DNA from: Octopus sinensis
Taxonomy: Eukaryota
Direction of reading: 5' to 3'
NCBI RefSeq assembly: GCF_006345805.1
Contig: NW_021832248.1
Coordinates: forward strand, 6,969 to 70,968
Length of the DNA stretch: 64,000 bases
Of this stretch, positions 13,044-24,964 are shown piece after piece. The number at the start of each line of letters is the position of its first letter. The stretch's first letter is position 1. Position numbers and translations under genes: made by a program. Under the pieces are notes generated by a model. It searched no databases. It worked only from the letters and a program-made list of their open reading frames with translations, and had not been told where the DNA came from.

Positions 13044-14016
13044 TTATTGTATTACTGTGTCTGGGGAGCTTCATTCTCTTTTAGTACCTTTAACACACTC
13101 ACCGGTTCGATTTCCACTCATTTACTTATTTATTTTTTATAAAATTTTCGTTGCACTTTGCAACCTTTTCAGTAGTCGTTGACGCTGTTCGTTACAGAAC
13201 TGCTTTCTTTTTGTATGTTTGTTTGTGCGCATGTGTGTACGTCAGTGAGCATGCGTATACATATATGTATGTATGTATATATGTTTGTATGTATATGTAT
13301 GCGTGTATGTGTGTGTATGTGTTTGTTTGTAAGCGCGTGTACGTGTGCATTTGCGTGTGAACCTCTTTGTCCTTCCGTATTACCTATATACCGATCTATC
13401 TATTTATCTATCTGTTTATTTACACATCCATTTTCCAATATATATATATATATGGTTAGAAAAATCGTCTAAGGATATACATATGCAATGAATTATTGGT
13501 GTATTACCAATATGCGATTCTGAGTATTAGTATTAATACTCATGAATCATAGGCAAGGAAAGGAATAAACCGAAGTTTATATGTATCTAAGAAAGTTTAT
13601 CTTTATTTTTTGCCTTCTTTTTTCCCCATTTCCCTTGACCTCTCTCTTCATTTTAACATACACATCTCTTCTCTCCTCTCCATCCACTTAATACTAACGC
13701 TACATTCTCAAATTTATATTCACACAACAAGACGCCTTTGAATGAACAGCACATGGAATCTACGTCTTCATACTTACCATTTGTGATAACAAAATGTGAA
13801 CTCCAATTGGAATTTAGATACCACGAACAAGAAGCATTTCTACCACTACTACACACCACTTTCCTTGTATAATGGAACTGCATCTATAACATCCTACATT
13901 TATTTTTATTTCTACATTAATTCTTATATTTCCCTCTATACTGCTTATTTGCTTCCTTTATATTTCCATCTTTATATTGAACTATAATGTTACCCTGTAT
14001 TTAACCATTTTACATA

Positions 14017-14064
14017 GTCTCTGATGAAAGGATATCCGTAATATCCCAGAAACAGCTGTAAGAC
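14017..14064 (+). ncRNA. Minimal type I hammerhead ribozyme
   Basis: GTCT-CTGATGA-AA-GGATAT(CCGTA)ATATCC-CA-GAAAC-AGCT-GTA-AGAC; palindromic helix III ACAGCTGT; base of helix II imperfect. Probably the pLTR of a PLE 3' remnant spanning ~13650-14160. Confidence 0.8.
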
Positions 14065-14169
14065 AAACTTTCTCGATGTAAATGTCCTGAAAATTCCACA
14101 CATCCTTGGCTTTGTTGTCCCATTTCATTTAAGATACGTATCTGTATAAATGTGTGTAAATTTTTATAT

Positions 14170-14212
<43 letters not shown>

Positions 14213-14271
14213 CATACATATACATATACATATACATACATACATATATATATATGCATACATATGTATAT

Positions 14272-14316
<45 letters not shown>

Positions 14317-14332
14317 ATATATATATATACAT

Positions 14333-14387
<55 letters not shown>

Positions 14388-14391
14388 TATT

Positions 14392-14560
14392 AAATTAGAG
14401 ACAAAACCACTATTATGCAAATCAAACAAAGAAAGACTTTGATTTGCATAATAGTGGTTTTGTCTCTAATTTAATATAATATAATATTTTACTATAAAAT
14501 TGGATTCAATCCTAAATCTGATTTTTCCCTGTAAGTTTGGATTTATTCCCTAATTTTTAT
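14392..14560 (+). mobile_element. Internally deleted member of the hairpin family (HHR lost)
   Basis: Outer arms AATTAGAGACAAAACCACTATTATGCAAATCAAA / TTGATTTGCATAATAGTGGTTTTGTCTCTAATT plus the same tail as 22032-22120. Confidence 0.8.
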
Positions 14561-14606
14561 TATATATACCCTTTATATATATATATTTATATATATATAT
14601 ATATAC

Positions 14607-14650
<44 letters not shown>

Positions 14651-14738
14651 GGAGAATTCACTTGCAAACAAAAGCCGAATACAGGTTGTGTAGACAACAA
14701 GCAGATGTATTAGTTTAACGCTCGGGAAGTGAAAAAGT

Positions 14739-14774
14739 CTTTAACGTTTCGAGCCTACGCTCTTCCACAGAAAG
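14739..14774 (-). ncRNA. Degenerate hammerhead (CUGUGGA core) in a ~180-bp repeat (14650-14830)
   Basis: CTTT-CTGTGGA-A-GAGC(GTAG)GCTC-GAAAC-GTT-AAAG; A6 is mutated; related to the 11.6-kb element. Confidence 0.55.
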
Positions 14775-14834
14775 GAACACAGAAAGAAACAAGAAGAGAA
14801 AATAAAGAAAGAATGTGTAGTGGCTAGGGATCTA

Positions 14835-14918
<84 letters not shown>

Positions 14919-15163
14919 GTGTACGCTAAAGGTAGATGGATATATATGCTAATAGTTGGATATTTACATATATACATACAAGTAAATTTGGGACGCTGCA
15001 TGGATACGTATATGCGCACGCATAAAGCAATACATAGAATTACATATACACTTTCATAATAGTCAAAAATCATTTGTACACATATTGAAATACATATACA
15101 TATTTACATACAGACACACTGATACACATGTATGAAAACATGCAGTTAGGACTCTCTCTTTCT

Positions 15164-15194
<31 letters not shown>

Positions 15195-15331
15195 CATAGA
15201 ATCATATGTATATTCATGTATATACATATAAATCTGTATGTGTGTGTGTCTATGTGTGTGTTTCAGACAAGAATACATATATATACATATATGCATAAAT
15301 ACATATACTCATACATATAGGTATACATATA

Positions 15332-15561
15332 TATTTCTTTACTACCCACAAGGGGCTAAACACAGAGAGGACAAACAAGGACAGACAAAGGGATTAAGTC
15401 GACTACATCGACCCCAGTGCGTAACTGGTACTTAATTTATCGACCCCGAAGGATGAAAGGCAAAGTCGAACTCGGCGGAATTTGAACTCGGAACGTAACG
15501 ACAGACGAAATACGGCTACGAATTTCGCCCGGCGTGCTAACGTTTCTACCAGCTCGCCGCC
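15332..15561 (-). mobile_element. SINE family B (tRNA head, Meta-like core), one body unit
   Basis: Minus strand GGCGGCGAGCTGGTAGAAACGTTAGCACGCC...GTTCCGAGTTCGACTTTGCC... Confidence 0.85.
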
Positions 15562-15920
15562 TTGTAGGTATACATATAGGTATACATATAGATTTTGCTA
15601 AGATGGAAACGACTGTGTGAGAAAAGCAGAGAAGTAGTTACATAACGAAAAAAACTGGTTCAAAATAATGAAAGGATGCGGAGGAAAATATAGAGTGCGT
15701 TGCCATGTTTCTATAAGACGAACGTTCTGGCAGGAATCTGGTTCAATTGTCATGTGTGCTTGAACGGATATCCGCATTAAGATACATCTACGTACGTTCT
15801 CTTGAGGCAAACACATGCTGAAAATCTAATCGCTAATGGCCATGTATAGCATGTGTATGTGTGTGTATTGTGATATGTGGATGCATGTATGCATGGCATG
15901 CATGTGCATGTGCGTTGGTG

Positions 15921-15957
<37 letters not shown>

Positions 15958-16088
15958 ACGAGCCACCGGGAGAGGCTAATTTGTTAATTTTGTGTACATA
16001 CGTTTGTGTACGACAATTCTTGAACTCCCACATAAGTTTTGTATGTACGTTTTATATGACGTGTGTTTGTGTTTGAATGCGTGTGTAA

Positions 16089-16123
<35 letters not shown>

Positions 16124-16214
16124 TGTATGTATGTATGTATGTATGTATGTATGTATATGTGTATGTATGTATATATATGTTGTGTGTGTATGTATGTATA
16201 TATGCATACATACG

Positions 16215-16272
<58 letters not shown>

Positions 16273-16689
16273 AATTAGAAAAAAAAACCTTTTTAGCAAT
16301 TCAAAATGAAAAATTAAATTACACCATCTAGAAAATTACATATAATAGAATTATTAAATATAAAATAAAAATACTAAACCGATGATTAAGAATGATTATT
16401 ATTGGGCTATTTGAGAGAAATGAATATATTCTTCTAGCAAGTTCTTCTAAATTCTTCTAATTCAGGTATATATATGTCTGAAATTAAATGTATGACAAAA
16501 GAAAAGGAAATTATGCAATGTACTTCATTAGCTTACAACTGTTTCTGCCATAAGATGCAGTACAGTTCAGAGTTGAGTGCTTGTGGATAGATTCATCGGA
16601 GCTTCGAAAATGTGATTCCGCTCAGACTTACCGATGCTAATAGCCAGTCGTTATTAGGGGTTGTCTGTCATTCTATCCATATCTGTGCA

Positions 16690-17660
16690 TCAAAGGCACG
16701 TTCAGAATTTAGAAGAACTTGCTAGAAGAATATATTCATTTCTCTCAAATAGCCTAAAGAAACTGCAGGAATATGAAGAATTTCAGGTATTTCCTGAGAC
16801 AAATCCTCATAAATTATTACATGTAAGTTGTACAAGGTGGCTATCTTTTGAACAAGTTGTCAAAAGAATACCCAAACAGTAGCCCACGCTAGTGTTCTTT
16901 TTTATTACTGCTGCTATTGACGATAACAACAGTGCAGCTTCAAATGCGCCGAACTCAATAACAAATCCAATCACAGTCATGTATTATGCATTTTTAGCAT
17001 ACATTTTGCCAGATATTAATAACTAAGCTGAACTTAGATTTCCAATCAGAAAGCTATACAATGCACAAACTGCACAATTCTATCACATGTACTGTTAAGG
17101 GAATACTTGGCAATTTTGTAAAAAAAAATTTTTTAAATGAAAAAAGAAATTGTGGAAAACTAAGATCGACATGAAATTAACATCAAAGATCCTTCAGTGT
17201 ATATTCCTATAACTGAAATTTCCAGACAAGCAAAGGTTGAAAGCATCAACATAAAGAAAGTTCATATATTCGCCCAACTGAATTGAAACAATTTCATGTG
17301 AAAACATAAAATTTCTATGTGAGCATTGGGAAGGAATTTTTCAGCGCTTTTTTGGACATGATTTCTTCTGTAATCTGGAGCTTCTAGAAGCACCAGACCC
17401 AGTTAGTATTCGTGATTGCAATGGTCCAATTTCAATTGTTCCTCTGGCATGCAAATTTCTAAATATTGTACAGAAGAGTCAGATTGAAGCTCTTAATAAA
17501 AATGGAGAGAACTTCTACTTCAAGATAAAAATGACATAATTGAAGCTACCAAACCAGAAGATTATTGGTGGAGACGAAACTCGTTATGAAGAAAAATTTC
17601 TTCGTGCAATCTGATAAATTATGACAAATATACGGAATTAAGCTTCTGCAAAAGCTAACC
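16690..17660 (+). pseudogene. Degenerate hAT-superfamily transposase fragment
   Basis: LQEYEEFQVF...HKLLHVSCTRWLSFEQVVKRI...VMYYAFLAYILP...FQSES, with stops and frameshifts; TRWLS and FQSE motifs are typical of hAT/ZNF862-like transposases. Confidence 0.6.
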
Positions 17661-17739
17661 ACTGCTTTTTAAATTTCAGATAAATTATACAAAACGCTAT
17701 TTTTTTAGCTTGAATAATTAATAATATCCAATTCGTTTA

Positions 17740-18470
17740 CTGGGGTGATGGTATTGGTCAAAGTGAAAGCGTTCAGAAGAGATCTTTTTTGAAAGCTTAA
17801 CAATCAATAATCTCAAACTAGACAAACATATGATATTGTTCATCGTTATCATTACTCTATCATTCGTAAGTGACCCATAGACAATATTATATGTTTTATT
17901 CATACAATCGAGTTTAGAATATGCTTAGTATTCAATCATAGTCTTTTCTAGATTCGTATGACTACAGTCATGTTTTTCGATGAAAATTAGGTTTACTATA
18001 CTTGGGTATAAAATGTGGAATCACGGGAGTCAGATATTATACTCTGTCCTCTACGTTAAGAGTGATAGGATTACGTTTAGCATCAAGAATAATAGAATTG
18101 CATGTCTTCGTGTCAATTTTGCAAAAAAAAATATTGGTAATGCTTTTGGTTGCAAATATTCTGCGTGTGCTTTTATCAACAACATTATGATACTTTGTTC
18201 TACGAACATAATTTTTGGAATCACGTGAAGGAAGTTCTTGTTTAAGGCACTTTGAAGGCGATCGTTTTGTATCATATTCTCTTTTCCAAACTGGAGAGAT
18301 TTCTTGAACGACTTTAATTCTTTAGTTCTTGAACAGCTTCAGGGTTTTCTACTTGATTGACATGCGAATTTATTATATGTGTCATTTCTTGGCGTATCTT
18401 TGCCAAGAAAATAAGCACGCCATTCCATTCTTCTTATGAAAACCCGTTTTTGACTCAAGATTTCCAGTTG
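17740..18470 (-). pseudogene. Heavily degenerate Penelope-like RT N-terminal fragment
   Basis: FIRRMEWRAYFL...DKST...TLNVEDRV...FV*FEIIDC*AFKKDLF resembles the PLE RT N-terminal region up to the FD(I/V) motif; many stops. Confidence 0.45.
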
Positions 18471-20059
18471 CTGGAATGAAAATGACTTGCACTGAATAAA
18501 ACCATTGTATATTTCGTTATTGTATGTATGTGTGTGCATATACGCATCAATTTTGTGTGTATTTCTATAAATGTTGTGCTTATATATGATGTACGCAAAA
18601 ATAATGCTTGAAAACTTAACCAGCGGGTCCTAACTAATTCAGGTAAACAACAATAACATGTTCTTCGTGACCTCTGCTACGGACAAAACTACCCCCGAAG
18701 TAAAAACGCTACAATTGTAAAAAGAAAAATGAAAAACATTCCAGAACACGGCATCCGTTTATTATGGGGGTGAGGTTACGCCTATAGATGCAGCTTTTGA
18801 AATACATAACAAGACTGTTTATACCACAGGTCACTGATAAGAAACGGGATTATTCTACGATGAGAAATACCTCAAGTGATGTTAAACCTCTGTAAGTTAT
18901 ATATCCGAAGTAGATCTTACCACTGTTCACAAATCTAGTTTACTCGTATTCCAAGATATTCTTTTTCTTTCACCTGATTGAAAAATAACATTTTTTTAGA
19001 TTAATTAACCTCCATCAAAAGGTAGAAATATCTCAGTGAAACTTGTAATCGAATTGTTAATTGTTTTCATATATCACATACAACCATCTTTGAAAAATAT
19101 CAAATCATACTGCTAGATACAGTGTATTTCAAAAAGACAACAAAGATGTGTTAGTCACGGTTTAGATGACTTTTGACCAGAGATATGCTTAAAGATGACC
19201 TGGGGTCGAGGTCTAAACAACAATATCTTCATCGAAACAAATTTCTACATAGACTTTCTCTCCTCTTTGGAACACCAATATTTGCGTTTCGCCATTATGC
19301 TTATATAGTACACAAGAAGGAATAAATATGTTGAAAGGTAAGTATTGTAAACCTATTTTGACTTCAGGGTCTATACTCCAATTAAAAACTTACGTCTCTT
19401 TATGAAAGACTTTCAAATCTATACTCCAGTTAAAAGCTTACATATATGTAAAAGAAAAAAGGGGAAGCAGCTGACCTCCCCTGTTCGAAGGATATAATGG
19501 ACACAGGTTTGTGTATCACATAGCTACCTAGAGGCGATGACCACTTGGAGCTAATCAACGGCAGCATTCGTCCTATATTTCTTGACTGCCATATTAGCTT
19601 GGCGATAACTATTAATATCCAGTACTGCTGCCGTAGTCTCCTTTAGTGAGACTTAAGAATATTAATATTTCTATTTTTTTTAAAAACTTTCAAAACAACC
19701 TACAAAACTCCAGCAAATTTCCTCATGGTATTAAATGGTCTTTTGTTTTAGTATACCTAGCACCAAATAAATCAACAGTAAAATGCTCAAACTAGTACGG
19801 CCTTAATTCCCATCATATTGCCACTTCATGAGCTTGCAATGCTAAATTTGTAAACAAATATTTTCTTGAAGTTATACAGCAGAGGCGGTTATGCACCATT
19901 TTACATTCCCCGCTGAGAGTGATGATACATCATGGTTTTTAGCCAGTTGGCATATATATAGTTTGCATATATATATATAGAGAGGGAGAGATGTTTTTAT
20001 ATATATATATATATATATATATCTTCGAAACGTAGAGTAGATGAAACCATAGCGACTGA

Positions 20060-20280
20060 AGAAGGGTTTTTTTCTTTGTGTTAATTGTCCTGTACTCCAT
20101 TTTTTGTTGTTTTAAAAAAAAATGTCCAGTTCCTTTGGTTTGTGTCTATGTTTTCGTTTCTCTTTGTGTTCGACGTCCCTTTGGTGTCCTGTACTCATAT
20201 ATGCGTGTATATGTACATGTAGAGGTAGGTACGTACATATATGTTTATATATATGCATATGTTTTATTTCATTTATTATA
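20060..20280 (+). repeat. Fragment of the pLTR-like repeat family also at 22196-23031, 23080-23430 and 60890-61550
   Basis: Shared CTGAAGAAGGG...GTCCTGTACTC...GTTTTCGTTTCTC...CCTGTACTCATATATG blocks. Confidence 0.65.
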
Positions 20281-20845
20281 TATATATATTATATATAATA
20301 TATATATATATATATACGGTATCGTTTGGTCGATCTTGCTTGATGATCTTCACTCGATCACAGAAATAATAACGACCACATATAGCGTTTGGAAGCTCAA
20401 CAGAGAAACATCTCATGTACATAGGGAACTTGCCAATGAAGATTTTGCAGCGACTTTGCCTTTCATCCTTTCGGTGTCGATTAAATAAGTACCAGTTACG
20501 CACAGGTTTCGATGCAATCGACTCAATCCCTTGTCCTTCTTTGTCCCCTCTATGTTTTGCCCCCACTGTGTGGATTAAAGAAATAAATATTTTTTCACTT
20601 GAATTTGTAGATACTAGTGAACATTACACGCATTTCACATTTTAGAACAGAAACTTTCTTCTAGACCAGCTTACTTTCATTATTGCTGTTATTCTTCTTC
20701 TTCTTCTTCTTACTGTTGGTCTAGTTTTATCCGTTTCCTATTTATCTGATTTATTATGCAGTTTCTATACGAAACGTTACGTATACGTACGCACACGTAT
20801 GGCTCCTTTTTCTCTCCCTCTTCATATATATAAATGTATGTATGC

Positions 20846-20936
<91 letters not shown>

Positions 20937-21655
20937 TTTTGTGTAGCAATAAAAATATTCGAAATGATAAATAAACAAAAAAATAAACCCACTATGCTGT
21001 CAACATGAATGTTTAAGGGCTTCAAATGTTATTGTATCAATATGTTCGCCAGTCTATTGGCTGCTAGATTGTGATATGTTTGTAAGATAACCAAACTCTA
21101 ATCTTTACTAGTTATACACGCTTTTTACAACATTATTCTCTCTTTCGCTTCATAAAAATCTTCCTCTGTCTCTCTCTCTCTCTGCCTCAATCTCTTTGTT
21201 TTATATTATCTTATTCTATTTGTCTTTGGAATTCTTCCTTAACTTCCCATATTCTTTATCTCTATATATTTATCACTTATTCTAACTAATAAAACATGGA
21301 CAAATCTTCTCTTTTCCTACAGTCGCTTAGCTTCTCTACTTTTCCCCTACTCTCCCCCTTTCTTTCTCTGCCTTTCTCTAATGTCTAGTTTTAAGATTCT
21401 ATGATACCCTGGCATAGACTTTCACGTGCGTAGACACTCTTCCACACTTAGATTAATGTGGGTATTAGTCCTCCTAGAAATAGGGGCAAAATTTCCCTCA
21501 AATAACACTATATATTTATAGATATGCTCAGGTAACAACTGGCATTCATTTGGAAATGAATTTGGATTTAAGGCTAAACTACAAGATATCTACTTGATAT
21601 TACAGATATAACGCACACATACATATTTACACACACGCGTGGAAATATATTCAAT

Positions 21656-21711
<56 letters not shown>

Positions 21712-21719
<8 letters not shown>

Positions 21720-22120
21720 TATATTAATTAGAGACAAAACCACTATTATGCAAATCAAACAAAGAAAGACTTAAGCCAATACATAAAATAATTTATATAA
21801 ATTTAGAAATTTAACAATTATAAATAACCACTAGGAGTTCATAGTTTAAAACTCGCCAAGAAGGTTTTGAAACCACCTGAAGAATGTCTCAAAGATGTGC
21901 TGAAATAAGACATGAAACGATCATAGTGGTTATTTATAATTGTTAAATTTCTAAATTTATATAAATTATTTTATGTATTGGCTTAAGTCTTTCTTTGTTT
22001 GATTTGCATAATAGTGGTTTTGTCTCTAATTTAATATAATATAATATTTTACTATAAAATTGGATTCAATCCTAAATCTGATTTTTCCCTGTAAATTTGG
22101 ATTTATTCCCTAATATTTAT
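21712..22120 (+). mobile_element. Fold-back element: ~107-bp near-perfect inverted arms around an HHR, plus ~90-bp tail
   Basis: 21724-21832 is the reverse complement of 21925-22031; tail 22032-22120; (TA)n on both sides. Confidence 0.85.
21871..21931 (+). ncRNA. Minimal type I hammerhead ribozyme
   Basis: AACCAC-CTGAAGA-ATGTCT(18 nt)AGACAT-GAAAC-GATC-ATA-GTGGTT; 6-bp helices I and II; one mismatch in helix III relative to family ACGATCGT. Confidence 0.8.
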
Positions 22121-22143
22121 TATTAATATATATAATATATATA

Positions 22144-22195
<52 letters not shown>

Positions 22196-22197
<2 letters not shown>

Positions 22198-23031
22198 CTT
22201 ACTTGGAAGAAGACGACGCGTGCGTTCGATCATATAATAAAAAATTAATAAATTAGACATATGCATACATACATACATGTACATACCTACATCTATATGT
22301 ATATATACATGCATATATAAGTAAGTAAAAGAGTATATATGGGTACAGGGCACCACAAATAAACGTAGAACACAACGAGAAACGAAAACATAAAAACAAA
22401 ACAAGGAAACGGAGCTTTTTTAACAACGAAAAAACAGAGTACAAGACAAACAACATAAGAAACATTTCCCTTCTTCAGCTGCCCCTGTTTCGACTCAATG
22501 CGTGTTTCGATGGTAAGGGCAGAACACAACTACATTAAAACAGTCCTTCCCGCAAAGCGAATTAAATAAAAAAAAATTGCGGAGGGGTTAAAAAGGTGAC
22601 TAGAACAGGACGTAAAAGCAATACAAATAAAGAAAAAAACCGTACAAATAAAGATAAAAACAGTAAAAGACAGGACAAGGAAACCAACAATAAGGACTTT
22701 TTTAAGCCTAGACGGTGGAAAAATTCATTTGAACGCATTCTGAAGAACGGCTTGCGAGGACAGAAAAAGCCGATGTTGACTTGTTGAAGGCAGTAGACAG
22801 AAAGAAAGTTAGTAGCTCTCTGGTCAGTGACGAGAGGGAGGAGGAAGAGGAACGGTGAAAGGGAGAGAAGAAACCAGAAAGGGTGAAAAATAAGAGAGGG
22901 AGAGAGACAGGTAGAGAGGAAGACAGACAGGCAGGGAGGAAAGGTCAAGTAAAGAGTTAAGAGTGCGCGTCATATTTTTGAAATGAAACTTACTTGGAAG
23001 AAGACGACGCGTGCGTTCGATCATATAATAA
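22196..23031 (-). mobile_element. 791-nt monomer with 45-bp terminal direct repeat (pLTR/retrozyme-like, no intact HHR)
   Basis: AACTTACTTGGAAGAAGACGACGCGTGCGTTCGATCATATAATAA at 22196-22240 and 22987-23031; TA-rich flanks; homologous to 60890-61550. Strand assignment is tentative. Confidence 0.7.
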
Positions 23032-23043
23032 TATATAATTTTT

Positions 23044-23082
<39 letters not shown>

Positions 23083-23442
23083 ACCATTCCCCTTTCTCTT
23101 GCTCCTCCTCCCCCTCCCGTCGTTTACCCGTGATGAGACTTCCGCTACTGTCTTTTCTAGCTTGACCTCCTCAAGGTGTGGACGGCAATTCTTTTTGCTC
23201 CGTTCGTCGTTCACAAAAAAACATGGCGACTGAAGAAGGGTTTTTTTCTTTGTGTTAATTGTCCTGTACTCTATATTTTTTTGTTGTTAAAAAAATGTCC
23301 AGTTCCCTGGGTTTGTGTCTATGTTTTCGTTTCTCATTGTATTCGACGTTTTTTTTGTGTCCTGTACTCATATATGCGTGTATATATACATGTAGAGGTT
23401 GGTACGTACATATATGTATATATATAGCATATGTTTCTTTAT

Positions 23443-23518
<76 letters not shown>

Positions 23519-23519
<1 letters not shown>

Positions 23520-24601
23520 ATTTCAACAATTGAGGGTAAAATTAATTAATTATTAATCAATTTCACCAAGTATTCAGTATGTAAGGGACCATTTAAGGCG
23601 AATTCAAAATATTACATTTTATAAAGGGCTTAGTAAGATAAATTACTTTGCCACATACTGAACTCATTAGAAATAGCAGCCAAAAAAAATTTTTTAGCCA
23701 TTTCTAATACTTAAAGAAAATTTCTCTCATATAGTGTTTACTCAAAATAGCCCACGAAGGTATGGGGGTAAAAACATTAAAAAATCACAAGTGCAAAGAT
23801 TATTTGAGAACGTACGTTTCTAGATCAGCTAAATACAATTCGACATTTCTTTCGTCAGCTCAAAATTCCTTAATTCGGATTTGTAAACACTGAAAGTAGG
23901 AGCATACCCTTTTGGCGACTTTTCACCTCCGAAGATCCGTTCAAACTAACAGTGTCAACAAATTCAAAATATGCAAGCGAAGAATTTCTGCTCTCCCCTT
24001 TCCACCCACGTGGGCTAACCTAGCAAACACCATGATTTTATCGGTGAAAACCGAAGCATTAAACAGAGAGAAATGAATTATAATTTCAACAATTGAGGGT
24101 AAAATTAATTAATTATTAATCAATTTCACCAAGTATTCAATATGTAAAGAGACCATTTAAGGCGAATTCAAAATATTACATTTTATAAAGGGCTTAGTAA
24201 GATAAATTATTTTGCCACATACTGAACTCATTAGAAATAGCAGCCGAAAAAAATTTTTTTAGCCATTTCTAATACTTAAAGAAAATTTCTCTCATATAGT
24301 GTTTACTCAAAAATGCTCCTACTTTCAGTGTTTACAAATCCGAATTAAGGAATTTTGAGCTGACGAAAGAAATGTCGAATTGTATTTGGCTGATCTAGAA
24401 ACGTACGTTCTCAAATAATCTTTGCACTTGTGATTTTTTAATGTTTTTACCCCCATACCTTCGTGGGCTATTTTGAGTAAACACTATATGAGAGAAATTT
24501 TCTTTAAGTATTAGAAATGGCTAAAAAAATTTTTTTTGGCTGCTATTTCTAATGAGTTCAGTATGTGGCAAAGTAATTTATCTTACTAAGCCCTTTATAA
24601 A

Positions 24602-24606
<5 letters not shown>
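23519..24606. mobile_element. Second, diverged array of the 540-bp HHR family (563-bp period) with internal inversion
   Basis: 23519-24312 holds about 1.4 units; 24313-24606 is the reverse complement of ~23612-23905; (TA)n flanks. Confidence 0.85.
24354..24415 (+). ncRNA. Hammerhead (canonical CUGACGA core); mirror copy at 23803-23864 (-)
   Basis: TTTGAG-CTGACGA-AAGA...TCTA-GAAAC-GTAC-GTT-CTCAAA; perfect 6-bp helix I; palindromic AACGTACGTT. Confidence 0.75.
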
Positions 24607-24648
<42 letters not shown>

Positions 24649-24712
24649 AGTTCTATATTTAAGAGATGAGGAATTATGTACATTATTTACATTAATATTA
24701 TTATTATTATTA

Positions 24713-24759
<47 letters not shown>

Positions 24760-24824
24760 ATGATACCAACAAAAACATCGAAAAATACATTAGAAATGAG
24801 AACCCAGTTTCGAAAATTCCCCAA

Positions 24825-24870
24825 AACACCTGAAGAAGGCTATAGGGTATATCAGCCGAAACATTGTGTT
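24825..24870 (+). ncRNA. Minimal hammerhead in a short element (~24645-24927)
   Basis: AACAC-CTGAAGA-A-GGCT(12 nt)AGCC-GAAAC-ATT-GTGTT; helix III has a C.A mismatch. Confidence 0.7.
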
Positions 24871-24964
24871 AACAACAAACAAGATGAGGACAAATACCTG
24901 TCGAATGAAATAATATAAATAATGTATATATATATATATAGAGAATAGTTAGAGCTTTGGCCTA

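Noticed and set aside
16375-16445. CCGATGA...GAAA with palindromic GAATATATTC
   Set aside because: Helix II does not pair and helix I is out of register.
22735-22790. Plus-strand CTGAAGA-ACGGCT..AGCC-GATGTT candidate
   Set aside because: GAAA is lost and there is no helix I.
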